Positions 10,437 to 20,726 of a stretch of DNA of 64,000 bases are shown piece after piece. The number at the start of each line of letters is the position of its first letter. The first letter of the stretch is position 1. A program made the position numbers and the translations under genes. Source of the stretch: Candidatus Hadarchaeota archaeon (GTDB taxonomy: Archaea; Hadarchaeota; Hadarchaeia; Hadarchaeales; JAGGTB01); NCBI GenBank assembly GCA_964384105.1, contig CAYLJV010000001.1, positions 224,001 to 288,000 on the forward strand, read 5' to 3'. The notes under the pieces are model-generated. The model was given only the letters and a program-made list of their open reading frames with translations. It was not told where the DNA came from and ran no database searches.

Positions 10437-10913
10437 ATGGTTAAAATTGTCGAATATTTAGATGAGACTGATAAAAAAATAGTCCAGTATGTGTGTAGGG
10501 GTACATATTCCTATTCTGAGCTCGCTGAGATCGTGGGGGTTAGTCGAAATACGATTTATCGAAGGCTTAGTAGACTGGAAGACAGTGGTGTGATTAAAAA
10601 GAGAGTAATGGCAATTCTTGACTTTGAAAAAATAGGTTTTTCTTCGATCATAGTTTGTTTGAAGGTAGGGCTAGGTGATTTGGAAAAAACGGTAAATTTT
10701 CTTAAAGGTTTAGAACAGGTTAAGTTTCTCTGGAAAACATATGGGGAGTATGAGGTCGTCGCGGTCCTTATGTGCGACAAGAGGAATGTTGGAACCTGCA
10801 TTAACAATTTGAAAGAGGCATTAGAGAAGCTGAAAGTGGAAGTGAATGAGTTTAATGCGGCACCGAGTATATCTTGGGAAAAGGTTGAATTAGCGCCTCA
10901 TAATGAATTGTAG
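10437..10913 (+). CDS. Lrp/AsnC family transcriptional regulator
   Basis: N-terminal HTH 'LDETDKKI...SYSELAE.VGVSR.TI.RRL..LE..GVIK' plus a RAM domain; divergent from the hydrogenase operon. Confidence 0.85.
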   Translation: MVKIVEYLDETDKKIVQYVCRGTYSYSELAEIVGVSRNTIYRRLSRLEDSGVIKKRVMAILDFEKIGFSSIIVCLKVGLGDLEKTVNFLKGLEQVKFLWKTYGEYEVVAVLMCDKRNVGTCINNLKEALEKLKVEVNEFNAAPSISWEKVELAPHNEL

Positions 10914-10973
10914 TTCTGCTTTTTAATCAAAAGACAATTAAACTTAAAATCCAAATTACACCCAGATGATCAA

Positions 10974-11201
10974 ATGAGTAAGAAAAAAGGTAAAAGATGT
11001 CCGGATTGTGGCGGAAAGGGAATACCGACTGGTAAGACTTGGCCCTTGACAAGCCCAATGGCATTGATGGGTGGAAAACTCATAATCATGGGAACTTTCG
11101 AGTGCGAAGAGTGCGGAAAAAAGTTTAGAAAGAAAGTAAAAGAGATGCCGCTTGAAGGACCTGAAGCTAAGGAAGAAATGAAGAAGTCAAAAGAAGATTA
11201 A
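10974..11201 (+). CDS. Small basic Zn-ribbon protein, Cren7-like putative chromatin protein
   Basis: CPDCG...KTWPL.SP...IMGTFECEECGKKFR resembles the Cren7 'K.W.L.P...IG.F..P..GK.FR' pattern. Confidence 0.6.
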   Translation: MSKKKGKRCPDCGGKGIPTGKTWPLTSPMALMGGKLIIMGTFECEECGKKFRKKVKEMPLEGPEAKEEMKKSKED

Positions 11202-11423
11202 CTATCGACTTTCAAGTTTGTTTAGAAGGATCTTATAATCGGCTTTGATGGTTGGGTCTTCTTCTTTCAAAATTATTTTTCCAAAATTATTTTTGAAGTC
11301 CTCCAGATCTACGGATTTTTGTATAAGTTTTTCTACTGTTTTTTCTAGGTTGGATGTAGATGTTAGATATGGTTGAATTGACGTGATCATATCTCTGAGT
11401 TTTTCTTTTTCATTCTCTTTCAT
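11202..11423 (-). CDS. Hypothetical small helical protein
   Basis: 73-aa ORF with ATG and a GAGGA RBS, just downstream of an Lrp gene on the same strand; no family recognised. Confidence 0.65.
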   Translation of the reverse strand: MKENEKEKLRDMITSIQPYLTSTSNLEKTVEKLIQKSVDLEDFKNNFGKIILKEEDPTIKADYKILLNKLESR

Positions 11424-11431
11424 TTCCTCAC

Positions 11432-11878
11432 CTACATGTCTAGTAAATCTTCTTTGTAAGTTCTGATTGCCATTGTTATTTTAACGTCCTTTACTCCTTG
11501 ATAGGTACTGACTCTGTCTTCTACAAAGTCACTTATAGTACCCCTATCCTGTGCTCTAACTTTTGCTATCAACCCATGATTTCCTGTAGTTTTGTGTACT
11601 TCGCAGACTCCTTTACAACGTGAAAGGACACCTGCCACCCTTCCGGCTTCTGCGGAATCTACATCGATGTTGAGAAAGGCTACAATATCATATCCTGCTT
11701 TTTCAGGGTCGATCTTTGCAGTATAATTTTTGATTACATCTTCTCTCTCTAATTTTTTGATCCTTCTTCTTACACCTGATTTGCTTAGCCCAACTTCTCC
11801 TGATAATTTGCTTAAAGTTTCTTTTCCGTTCTCCATTAACATTTTCAGAATCTTAATATCAATACTGTCTAACTCCAA
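11432..11878 (-). CDS. Lrp/AsnC family transcriptional regulator
   Basis: 'LDSIDIKILKML...LSKLS.EVGLS.SGVRRRIKKLE...VIK.YTA.IDP.K.G' plus a RAM domain. Confidence 0.92.
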   Translation of the reverse strand: MELDSIDIKILKMLMENGKETLSKLSGEVGLSKSGVRRRIKKLEREDVIKNYTAKIDPEKAGYDIVAFLNIDVDSAEAGRVAGVLSRCKGVCEVHKTTGNHGLIAKVRAQDRGTISDFVEDRVSTYQGVKDVKITMAIRTYKEDLLDM

Positions 11879-12005
11879 GAATATCTCCTCGTCCAGCCCC
11901 TTTAGTTGAAGAGCCTGGTATTAGATAGTCTCACTCTAAATATTTATCAGTTTACCATATTCCAATTTTGAGGTTTGATCTAGATGTACGTCTCCAGGAT
12001 TAAAT

Positions 12006-13205
12006 CTAATAGACCTGCAGTTCTCCTGCCAGTATTCTTCCAGAAAGCGATTCTATATCTTCTAACTTTTCTTCGGCAATGTTTTTACTTTCTTTTTCTA
12101 ACGCAGAAATTTTTTCTTCTTTTTCCGGAACTATTTGTATAGTTAGAATTTGTGGCTGATCGATTGGTTTTCCTATTCGACTCAGAGCTTTAACAAAAAC
12201 TTCTTCAATGCCCTCAACTTTTTCCGAAATTTCTTTAGCTATTTCTCCGGATAGCAGGTTGTACAATTTTCCTACATGGTTTACTGGATTTTTTCCGGCG
12301 GCAGCTTCTAAGGACATTGGTCTCCCAAATGAGATAAGTCCGTTTGATCGGTTTCCCCTACCAGTCATTCCGTCATCCCCCTGCTCTGCTGAAGTGCCGG
12401 TTACTGTATAGTATATCACACCCTTTTCCTCATCGTCTGCCGTGTTTATGTGAACTTTTACTTGTTTGTCTGTGATTTTGGTTGCCAGATTTTCTACGTG
12501 ATCTTTTACTTCATTCTTCAGGGAGATATAGTGATCCAAATCGTCTAGTAGACCAGAGATAGTAGCCATAGCAATTGTTAGATCAATGTGTTGATTTTCT
12601 CTTTGGGCCATCACCTTTATGTCTTCTCCAACTGCAGGAAATTTTCTTTTAATTTTATCAGAGTTCAGCGATTTCTCGGTTTCCATTACTAGTTTTTCTG
12701 TTTCAGAGAGCGGCGCATATCCAACTCCTATGGACGTATCATTTGCTGAGGGTATTCCCTTTCTTTCGAAGACATCCTTTAAGTCCACTGAACCACTGCC
12801 TATTCTTGATTCAAGCTCAAGGTGCTTCTCTGTGTCTAAAAATCTAACTATGTTTTCTAGAAATTCCTTTGCGGATTTCTTCGCTATTTCATCTATGGGT
12901 ATTTCTTCATCCCCAGCGTATTTAGTTCCTCTACCGGACAGGACGATGTGAATTGGTTTTTCTATTTTCCCACCTCTGAACTCCGTTTTTGCGCTACCAC
13001 CCACAATCAGGACTTTGTCAGTATTGTGATGTAGAATACTACCAAATCTATCCAAGTACTCCTGACTTAGTGCTCTGCTAACTGCCTCAGATAGTCCGTC
13101 TGCTAGAGTGTCAGGATGTCCGATCCCTTTACGTTCCACGATTTCTATGTTCTGATTTTCAATTCCGTGACATCGATATTCTTCGACTATAATATTTCTA
13201 TTCAT
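12006..13205 (-). CDS. mat: Archaeal S-adenosylmethionine synthetase
   Basis: EIVERKGIGHPDT, HHNTDK, ANDTS, GEDIKVM, GRGNR and GKNPVNHVGK motifs. Confidence 0.96.
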   Translation of the reverse strand: MNRNIIVEEYRCHGIENQNIEIVERKGIGHPDTLADGLSEAVSRALSQEYLDRFGSILHHNTDKVLIVGGSAKTEFRGGKIEKPIHIVLSGRGTKYAGDEEIPIDEIAKKSAKEFLENIVRFLDTEKHLELESRIGSGSVDLKDVFERKGIPSANDTSIGVGYAPLSETEKLVMETEKSLNSDKIKRKFPAVGEDIKVMAQRENQHIDLTIAMATISGLLDDLDHYISLKNEVKDHVENLATKITDKQVKVHINTADDEEKGVIYYTVTGTSAEQGDDGMTGRGNRSNGLISFGRPMSLEAAAGKNPVNHVGKLYNLLSGEIAKEISEKVEGIEEVFVKALSRIGKPIDQPQILTIQIVPEKEEKISALEKESKNIAEEKLEDIESLSGRILAGELQVY

Positions 13206-13391
13206 TAAGCCACCAAGTATTATCTATTTTCCAACCACCCATTGTTCTCATCTAATTTAATTATAACCCATTTTTATGGATAAATTGGTCTGTATAGTTT
13301 TTTGAACTCTATAGTGAAATAGTGGTACTTAAGTATTGCAAAATTTGATTAGATTGAATTTAGAAATGAACATTTAGAGGGTAGGAAGCCA

Positions 13392-14129
13392 ATGTTTGAT
13401 GATGCTACAAAAAATCGGGTTGCAAGATGGATAGCTGGTGATATTTCCTTATCCGAGGATCCCGGGTCTTCTATAAAACGTTGGAGGGGTAAGTTCGGAA
13501 TAAAGCAGAAGACTTTGGCTAAAGAAATAGAGATTTCCCCATCGGTTATAAGTGATTATGAGTCGGGAAGGCGAAAATCTCCGGGTGCAGGGGTAATAAG
13601 AAAAATAGTCGAGGCACTCATAAGGGCGGATGAAGAAACTGGAGGACAGGTTACTCGGGCTTTTGCTCATAGGTTTGGGGCATATCTACCTCCGGAAATA
13701 GTACTTAGTATGAGTGAATTTGAAAATCCTATAGATGGTAATAAGCTTGTCGAAATAGTCCAGGGTAAAACTCTTGCTAACGAGGAATCGCTTGATAGGA
13801 AGATATTTGGATATACTGTTATAGACGGTCCAAAGGCTGTTTTGGAACTTTCTTCGGAGGATTTTATGGGCTTATATGGATTAACTACGGAGAGAGCTCT
13901 GATTTTTACTGGTGTTTCAACGGGGAGGTCACCTCTGATAGCTATAAAGGTTCGAGGAATAAATCCCGGTGCCGTGATATTACATGGAAAGATAGATAAA
14001 CCAGATAGACTGGGAGTAAAAATAGCGGAGAGATTAAAAATTCCGTTAATATTGTCCCAGATTAGTGAAGTTGATGATTTGATTAAGAATCTTCGCAACT
14101 TTACTACCATAAACGACAATCGTCGATAA
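13392..14129 (+). CDS. Xre-HTH transcriptional regulator (COG1709-like)
   Basis: 'IAGDI.LS..PG..IKRWR..F...Q..LA....SPSVISDYESGRRKSPG' and 'ERALIFTGVSTGRSP'; usual neighbour of HMG-CoA synthase. Confidence 0.88.
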   Translation: MFDDATKNRVARWIAGDISLSEDPGSSIKRWRGKFGIKQKTLAKEIEISPSVISDYESGRRKSPGAGVIRKIVEALIRADEETGGQVTRAFAHRFGAYLPPEIVLSMSEFENPIDGNKLVEIVQGKTLANEESLDRKIFGYTVIDGPKAVLELSSEDFMGLYGLTTERALIFTGVSTGRSPLIAIKVRGINPGAVILHGKIDKPDRLGVKIAERLKIPLILSQISEVDDLIKNLRNFTTINDNRR

Positions 14130-14217
14130 TTTTCTAGACAATTGACAGTAAAGCTTTTATGATATATCGGACCGTTGGAAGTTAAACAGATACTCGATAA
14201 TTTTTGGAGGCTTGTGA

Positions 14218-15264
14218 ATGGTTACTTCAATAGTAGGTTATGGTGTATACATACCAAAATACAGAATAAAGGTAGAGGAAATAGCGGAAATTTGGGGTTC
14301 TGAACCTGAACAGATTAAAAATGGTCTTTTCATAAAAGAGAAGTCTGTTCCTGGACCTGATGAAGATACTGCTACAATATCGGCGGCAGCTGCAAGAAAT
14401 GCAATAAAGAGATCTCAAATAGATCCACAGGATATCGGTGCGATCTATGTTGGTTCAGAATCCCATCCTTATGCTGTGAAGCCTACTGCTACGATGGTCG
14501 CTGAAGCTATTAGGGCGACTCCTAATTTGACAGCTGCGGATTACGAATTTGCATGTAAAGCGGGGACTGCTGCTGTTCAGTCTTGTATGGGTTTGGTGGA
14601 ATCAGGTATGTGTAAATATGGCCTGGCGATTGGTGCCGATACAGCTCAAAGTAAACCTGGTGACCCTTTAGAATATACTGCAGCAGCTGGTGGTGGGGCG
14701 TTCATAATAGGTCATGATGGTGATAGTTCTATCGCAAGGATTGATGGGACTTACTCTTACACTACAGATACTCCTGATTTCTGGAGGCGAGAAATGGAAC
14801 CCTATCCGGAGCATGGAGGTCGATTTACGGGAAAGCCAGCTTACTTCAAACACGTCCTTTCGGCCGCTAATGGATTATTAAGAAAACTTCAACTTACTTC
14901 TGAAGAATTTGATTACGTGGTTTTCCATCAACCTAATGGTAAATTCCCCCTGAGAGCGGCAAAAAGGCTCGGTTTTTCAAAAGAAAAGGTTATGCCAGGT
15001 CTTATGACTCCTGAGATTGGAAATACTTATTCTGGCGCTACTTTGGTCGGTCTTGCAGCGGTCTTGGATCAAGCCAAACCTGAAGATCGGATTTTGGTAG
15101 TTTCTTTTGGTTCGGGGGCGGGGAGTGATGCTTTTGCGCTTACAGTTGAGGAAGGTATAAACGATAATCCGGATTCTGTACCAAGTGTGTCGGATTATGT
15201 GGAAAATAAGGCGTATATCCATTATGGGGAATATGCAAAATCAAGGAAATTGCTGGTGAGATAA
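14218..15264 (+). CDS. Hydroxymethylglutaryl-CoA synthase (archaeal)
   Basis: [30 protein letters not shown] and SFGSGAGSD motifs. Confidence 0.95.
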   Translation: MVTSIVGYGVYIPKYRIKVEEIAEIWGSEPEQIKNGLFIKEKSVPGPDEDTATISAAAARNAIKRSQIDPQDIGAIYVGSESHPYAVKPTATMVAEAIRATPNLTAADYEFACKAGTAAVQSCMGLVESGMCKYGLAIGADTAQSKPGDPLEYTAAAGGGAFIIGHDGDSSIARIDGTYSYTTDTPDFWRREMEPYPEHGGRFTGKPAYFKHVLSAANGLLRKLQLTSEEFDYVVFHQPNGKFPLRAAKRLGFSKEKVMPGLMTPEIGNTYSGATLVGLAAVLDQAKPEDRILVVSFGSGAGSDAFALTVEEGINDNPDSVPSVSDYVENKAYIHYGEYAKSRKLLVR

Positions 15265-15265
15265 A

Positions 15266-16429
15266 TTGAGAGATGTAGCTGTTATTGGAATAGGGGTTAC
15301 AAAGTTTGGAGAACTTTGGGATACCTCATTTAGAGACCTATTTGTAGATGCTGGTTTGAGAGCGCTTGAGGATGCGGAGATGGATGGTGGAGAAATTGAT
15401 GCACTGTATGTGGGTAATATGTCTGCGGGTCAGTTTATTCAGCAGGAACATGTGGCTTCTCTTATTGCAGATCATGCAGGTTTAGTTCCTGCACCCTGTA
15501 CCCGGGTGGAAGCTGCTTGTGCTTCAGGTGGGCTTGCACTTAGACAGGCTTTCATCTCTGTAGCTTCAGGGATACATGATATTGTAGTGGCAGGTGGTAT
15601 TGAGAAAATGACGGATATCCTTTCAGATCAAACTACTGGAGCTTTGGCTACTGCGGCTGATCGGGAATGGGAGGCATATGTTGGAACTACTTTCCCTGGT
15701 TTATATGCTCTGATGGCTAGGAGGCACATGCATAATTTTGGTACAACTAAGGAACAAATGGCTGAGGTAGCTGTTAAAAATCATAAGAACGGAGTTCTTA
15801 ATCCTTATGCACAGTACCAGAGAGAAATAACAGTAGAAACAGTGCTGAATTCCCCGGTTGTAACTGAGCCTTTAAATCTCTTTGATTGTTCTCCGATTAG
15901 TGATGGTGGCGCTGCCATAATTCTGGCCCCCATCGAAAAAGCAAAAGAATATTCGGACACGCCGATCACGATAGCTGGTTCAGGGCAAGCAAGTGGTACC
16001 CTTTCTTTGCACGATCGAAAAACATTGACAGGGATATTGGCGTCGGAGCAAGCTGCAAAGATGGCTTATGAGATGGCGGATGTAGGTCCTAAAGACATTG
16101 ATTTAGCGGAGGTTCACGATTGTTTTACGATTGCTGAAATAATGGCAATAGAAGATCTTGGTTTTTGTGAGAAAGGAGAGGGAGGTAAGATGGTAGAAGA
16201 AGGAGAAACATATCCAGATGGTAGCATTCCTGTGAATGTTAGTGGGGGGTTGAAGGCCAAAGGTCATCCTGTTGGGGCTACTGGTATTGCTCAAGCTGTG
16301 GAGGTTGTGACGCAATTAAGAGGGGAAGCTGGTAAGAGACAGATTGAAGGAGCGAAAATAGGCTTAACTCATAATGTGGGAGGTTCGGGGGGAACGGGTG
16401 TCGTGCACATTTTGAAGAGAGGTGATTAG
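15266..16429 (+). CDS. Acetoacetyl-CoA thiolase (archaeal)
   Basis: [31 protein letters not shown] and HNVGG motifs. Confidence 0.95.
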   Translation: MRDVAVIGIGVTKFGELWDTSFRDLFVDAGLRALEDAEMDGGEIDALYVGNMSAGQFIQQEHVASLIADHAGLVPAPCTRVEAACASGGLALRQAFISVASGIHDIVVAGGIEKMTDILSDQTTGALATAADREWEAYVGTTFPGLYALMARRHMHNFGTTKEQMAEVAVKNHKNGVLNPYAQYQREITVETVLNSPVVTEPLNLFDCSPISDGGAAIILAPIEKAKEYSDTPITIAGSGQASGTLSLHDRKTLTGILASEQAAKMAYEMADVGPKDIDLAEVHDCFTIAEIMAIEDLGFCEKGEGGKMVEEGETYPDGSIPVNVSGGLKAKGHPVGATGIAQAVEVVTQLRGEAGKRQIEGAKIGLTHNVGGSGGTGVVHILKRGD

Positions 16430-16834
16430 ATGCCAGCGGTTCCTAGGTTTTGGAGAAGGATACCAAATCGGTATAATCTTATAGGTACGAAATGCAAGAA
16501 GTGTGATTCTGTATTTTTCCCACCTCGTAGCGTTTGTCCAGAGTGTAGAAGTGTTGGAAAATTAGAATCTTTCGACCTTAAGGGAACTGGAACTGTTGTT
16601 TCTTATACAGTGGTTAGAGTGCCTCCGGAAGGTTTTGAAAATGAGGCGCCATATAATCTAGCTATAGTAGAGTTGGATGAGGGACCAAGGATTACTGGTC
16701 AAATTACGGACTCTAAACCTGGCGAGGTCGGGATTGGAGATCGAGTTGAAGCAATATTTAGAAAGATAGGAGAAGATGGATCTAGGGGTATAATTCATTA
16801 TGGGTATAAGTTTAGGCTTATAAACTGTAAATAG
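16430..16834 (+). CDS. DUF35 Zn-ribbon/OB-fold scaffold of the thiolase-HMGS complex
   Basis: C..C...FFPPR..CP.C and 'I.YGYKF'; follows the thiolase. Confidence 0.92.
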   Translation: MPAVPRFWRRIPNRYNLIGTKCKKCDSVFFPPRSVCPECRSVGKLESFDLKGTGTVVSYTVVRVPPEGFENEAPYNLAIVELDEGPRITGQITDSKPGEVGIGDRVEAIFRKIGEDGSRGIIHYGYKFRLINCK

Positions 16835-16947
16835 CGGTTCTTCTTAGTAATCATGTATCTGGTATTTTTTCTAATTTTATTTATAAGATATGCTAACTTT
16901 TTCTAAAAATTAAATAAGTCTTTGTTGTTTTACTACTGTGGGTTTAG

Positions 16948-17862
16948 ATGAATATTTCATGGCCTCTCGAAAACTTATCGAACAAGCATTTGATTATCAT
17001 ACCCCTATTGTTGGCTGCTATCTTTGGTTCAGTTGTTGCATATAATTGGCAGTCTACTGGTAATCCTGTACCACTGAGTCTCGAATTCGCTGGTGGTAGC
17101 TATATTAGGATTGACGGAGTCGGACAGCTAAGCGATGTAGAAGTAAATGAGATTAGTGTTGCGTTCCAAAGTGAATTTAACAGTGATCCGCCTGACGTTA
17201 GAGCTGTGGATGATAGTATTGAGATAGAAACTTCTGTGGATTTGATTACAGCTAATGAAAATCAGATTGCAGAGACTAGAATTAGGGATCTACTGGCCGG
17301 GGCGGGTGTTGAGGGGGACCTAGACATTAGAATCACATCAATGGGGTCCATAATAACCGAATTGTACAAAAATCAAGCAAGGAATGCTGCTATAGCAGCA
17401 CTTGTCGTTATGGCTGTGATATTGTTCATTGCATTGCGGAATTATGTGACTGTAGGAGGGATACTACTCGTAGTTGGTTTGGATTTTGTTGGTATTTTGG
17501 GTGGCATGACTTTATTGAATATACCTTTGAGTCTTGCTTCTATGGCTGGCATACTTTTGATTTTTGGGTATGCTGTGAATACGAACATCCTTCTAAGCAC
17601 GAATATCGTTAAGAGGAAGGGAGGGACGGCTCGAGAAAGGGCTTCTAGAGCGATGTCTACAGGAATAAAGATGAGTACAACTTCTGCAGCGGCGATGATC
17701 GTCTTGAATATAGCTACAACTGCTCCAGAGTTGGATCAAATTTCAGCTGTTTTGGCAATAGGTATATTGGTAGATATGGTGAATACATGGCTATTAAATT
17801 CAGGACTGATCTTGAGAAGTTATGAGGAAGAAGGAGGAGGAAAGTATCATGCCAGGATTTAG
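16948..17862 (+). CDS. secF: Protein translocase subunit SecF
   Basis: TM plus 'LEFAGG', an extracytoplasmic domain, then a TM block with 'GYAVNTNILL'; precedes secD. Confidence 0.85.
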   Translation: MNISWPLENLSNKHLIIIPLLLAAIFGSVVAYNWQSTGNPVPLSLEFAGGSYIRIDGVGQLSDVEVNEISVAFQSEFNSDPPDVRAVDDSIEIETSVDLITANENQIAETRIRDLLAGAGVEGDLDIRITSMGSIITELYKNQARNAAIAALVVMAVILFIALRNYVTVGGILLVVGLDFVGILGGMTLLNIPLSLASMAGILLIFGYAVNTNILLSTNIVKRKGGTARERASRAMSTGIKMSTTSAAAMIVLNIATTAPELDQISAVLAIGILVDMVNTWLLNSGLILRSYEEEGGGKYHARI

Positions 17863-19744
17863 GGATAGAAGGATAGGGTTGTTGATTCTTGCTTTATTGG
17901 TCGCGAGTATTTTCATTGCCTCACCTTGGAAGGAACCCCAGCCTGAAGGAGCCCCGTTATCTGAGGTAGTTAAAGGGCCTAATTGGGGGATTGACATAAC
18001 TGGTGGCTCTAGGATAATGTTGAGATTGGAAGCTACGCAAGCTACTATCCGCCTTTCAGATGATTCATCAGACGATTTAGATGAATTTGTAAGTAGGTTT
18101 AGTGAAAATTTGGAAGTTCCTGTGAATGCTATTGGATATGAGAACGAAGATGTGGAATCGGTTATTACTATAGAAATTGGACGATACGTCTCTGAGAGTC
18201 GCATTATCTCTATGTTGAAGGAAGGAGAGCAGTTGCTGGAGGTAAAACAAGCTGTCTCGCAGGCCACCCAGGATCAAGTAAAGAACTCTCTTGAGATGAG
18301 GGTGGATCCATACGGGACACTAGGTGCTCAGTTTAAACCACTGGGGGAAAGAAACCAATATCTCCAATTTGAGGTTGCCTTGGATCTAGAAAGGGCAAAA
18401 ACTCTTCTAGGAAAGGAGGGTTTACCCGAGGTTTTTGTGGATAACTACAGAACAGTTTGGAGTGAACACATACGGAATGTTTCTAGAGGAACCGGTCCGA
18501 ATGGCGAGTGGCAGGTATCATTTACCCTTACTGAGGAAGGTAAGGAGAGATTTGCGGATTATACTGGGAGAATGAGTGGGATTCCAGATAAGAGAGGCCA
18601 TCCAGGAGTTATATATTTAGATAGACCTTCAGATTCAGTCTTATTATTTAAACAGGACTTAGAAGAGGGAATAGGACAGGAAGCCCCTCAGCTGGGGTTA
18701 GAAGCCGCCGAATATTTCGAGAATATTTACAGGTTTAGATACATGACTGCGGACCGTCCTGAGACTACCCTAGATGAAGGTCATTGGTTTTACCTTCAAG
18801 TCCCAGCAGTCAAGGTAGATGAAGACGGTTTGGACCCATCATCTGAAAGTTACATTTCTTCTTTGAGTAAAAGTGGAGAGTTGAACCAAGCTATTCTACT
18901 AGGTAGAAAGGATTCATTCCCAAATATCCAGGATGATAGTTTAGTTATCGATGATGAGGTCGTTTTACCTGCAGAGAACGTAACTAGGATGGAAACGGAG
19001 AGGTATATAGATTGGTTAAATCGGGTTATTGGGTTAGAATCTTGGCCCACTCTTCAGCCTTCTATTACAGCCAATGTTGAGAATTTAGAAAGAGGTCTTA
19101 GAATAACTACTGGTACAGGTGAAGATGCGAGAGAAAGAGCTGAATCTTTGAGGATCATACTTTCTCAGAGACTCCCAGTAACTGTAACTCATATCAGTGA
19201 GGAGGATATCGGGGGCAGATTAGGAGAAGGATTCGTAAGACAAGCAGCTTTTGCAGGTATAGTGGCCTTCATCGTAGTTGGTATATTGATCTTTAGTTTT
19301 TATCGAAAGTTTAAGATAGTTATTCCGCTGTTGTTTACGATGGCATGTGAGGTTATAATCACTCTCGGAGCTGCTTCTGCTGTTCCAGATGGTCTTATGT
19401 CAATAGGACTTCCGGGAATTGGAGGACTGATTGCAGTTGTAGGCACAGGAGTCGATCATCAGATCATAATTACGGATGAAGTTCTTGGAAAGAAATTTTC
19501 TGATGCTAAAAGATTACCTATAGATCGACGTACTGGTAGAGCTTTTTCTGTCATATTTGCGGCTGCGGCTACTACAGTAGCTGCAATGGTTGCATTGGCG
19601 GCCTTTGGTTTTGGAGCGATGAGGGGTTTTGCAATAGTTACCCTTTTCGGTGTTCTAATAAGTGTGCTAGTTACTCGCCCTGCTTACGCTAAGATCGTCG
19701 GGATTTTATTGGAAAGGGAACAGGAAAGTAAAGAGGGTAGATAG
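17849..19744 (+). CDS. secD: Protein translocase subunit SecD
   Basis: 'GIDITGGSR', 'RVDPYG', a large P1 domain and 'IAVVGTGVDHQIIITDE'. Confidence 0.9.
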   Translation: MPGFRDRRIGLLILALLVASIFIASPWKEPQPEGAPLSEVVKGPNWGIDITGGSRIMLRLEATQATIRLSDDSSDDLDEFVSRFSENLEVPVNAIGYENEDVESVITIEIGRYVSESRIISMLKEGEQLLEVKQAVSQATQDQVKNSLEMRVDPYGTLGAQFKPLGERNQYLQFEVALDLERAKTLLGKEGLPEVFVDNYRTVWSEHIRNVSRGTGPNGEWQVSFTLTEEGKERFADYTGRMSGIPDKRGHPGVIYLDRPSDSVLLFKQDLEEGIGQEAPQLGLEAAEYFENIYRFRYMTADRPETTLDEGHWFYLQVPAVKVDEDGLDPSSESYISSLSKSGELNQAILLGRKDSFPNIQDDSLVIDDEVVLPAENVTRMETERYIDWLNRVIGLESWPTLQPSITANVENLERGLRITTGTGEDARERAESLRIILSQRLPVTVTHISEEDIGGRLGEGFVRQAAFAGIVAFIVVGILIFSFYRKFKIVIPLLFTMACEVIITLGAASAVPDGLMSIGLPGIGGLIAVVGTGVDHQIIITDEVLGKKFSDAKRLPIDRRTGRAFSVIFAAAATTVAAMVALAAFGFGAMRGFAIVTLFGVLISVLVTRPAYAKIVGILLEREQESKEGR

Positions 19745-19823
19745 TGAACTTAATTTTTCTTGTCAGAGGAGAATGATCTATTAATACTTTCGAGTTTATA
19801 AAATCACGAGGAATTAGCAGGTT

Positions 19824-20687
19824 ATGAAAAAATCTAAGGTAAAATCTAATGGGCCTATGCCTGACTGGGGCGTTGCCATACTCGGCTGTGGTTCTATTGG
19901 GGGTATACTGGCAAATGCGATAGACAGAGGTAATGCCGGGAAGACTAATTTGATAACTCTTTTTGATTCCAGTTTTAAAAAAGCTGAAGAATTGTCTGAA
20001 AGACTGTCAAGCAGTCCTTCTATCTCAAAGAGTATACAGGAAGTTATTGAGAACCGGGAGGTAGATATTGTCGTAGAGGCAGCATCTCAAAAAGCTGTAC
20101 GTGATTATGCTGTTGACATACTGAGATCCGATAAAGATGTTATTGTTTTGAGTGTGGGGGCATTTGCAGATAAAAAATTACTAGACGAGGTTAGAGATGT
20201 TGCAGAAAAGAGAGGAAGAAGAATTTGTATTCCCTCTGGTGCTATTTTGGGCCTTGATGGGGTGCAGGCTGCGGGAATAGCTGATATCGAGGAGGTTTCT
20301 TTAACTACTAGAAAACCACCTAAAACACTCTCTACTACAAAGTTTGTAAAAGAAAGAAATATTGACATTTCAAGTTTGGAGAAGCCAAAGGTAATATTTG
20401 AGGGGGTTGCGAGTGAAGCCGTTGAACAATTTCCCGAGAGTGTTAACGTAGCTGCTTCTTTGAGTCTAGCTGGGATAGGATTCAAAAAAACCAAAGTTAA
20501 GATAATAGCGGATCCATCTCTAAGTCAAAATTTTCATGAGATAAGAGTTAAAGGAGAAGCAGGTGAGTTTGAGACAAAAGCTCACGATTTTCCCTCTCCC
20601 GAAAATCCAAAAACTAGCTATCTAGCTGCTTTGTCTACTATTAGGACGCTTAGTAATCTTACGGGGTCATTCTTGATAGGAATTTAA
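19824..20687 (+). CDS. nadX: L-aspartate dehydrogenase
   Basis: GCGSIG, VEAASQ, SVGA, PSGAI.GLD, TRKPP, FP.SVNVAA and NPKTS motifs; precedes nadA and nadC. Confidence 0.93.
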   Translation: MKKSKVKSNGPMPDWGVAILGCGSIGGILANAIDRGNAGKTNLITLFDSSFKKAEELSERLSSSPSISKSIQEVIENREVDIVVEAASQKAVRDYAVDILRSDKDVIVLSVGAFADKKLLDEVRDVAEKRGRRICIPSGAILGLDGVQAAGIADIEEVSLTTRKPPKTLSTTKFVKERNIDISSLEKPKVIFEGVASEAVEQFPESVNVAASLSLAGIGFKKTKVKIIADPSLSQNFHEIRVKGEAGEFETKAHDFPSPENPKTSYLAALSTIRTLSNLTGSFLIGI

Positions 20688-20726
20688 TTTTTTAGTTAGC
20701 TAACTAAAGTTATTGTGGTTGTAAAA

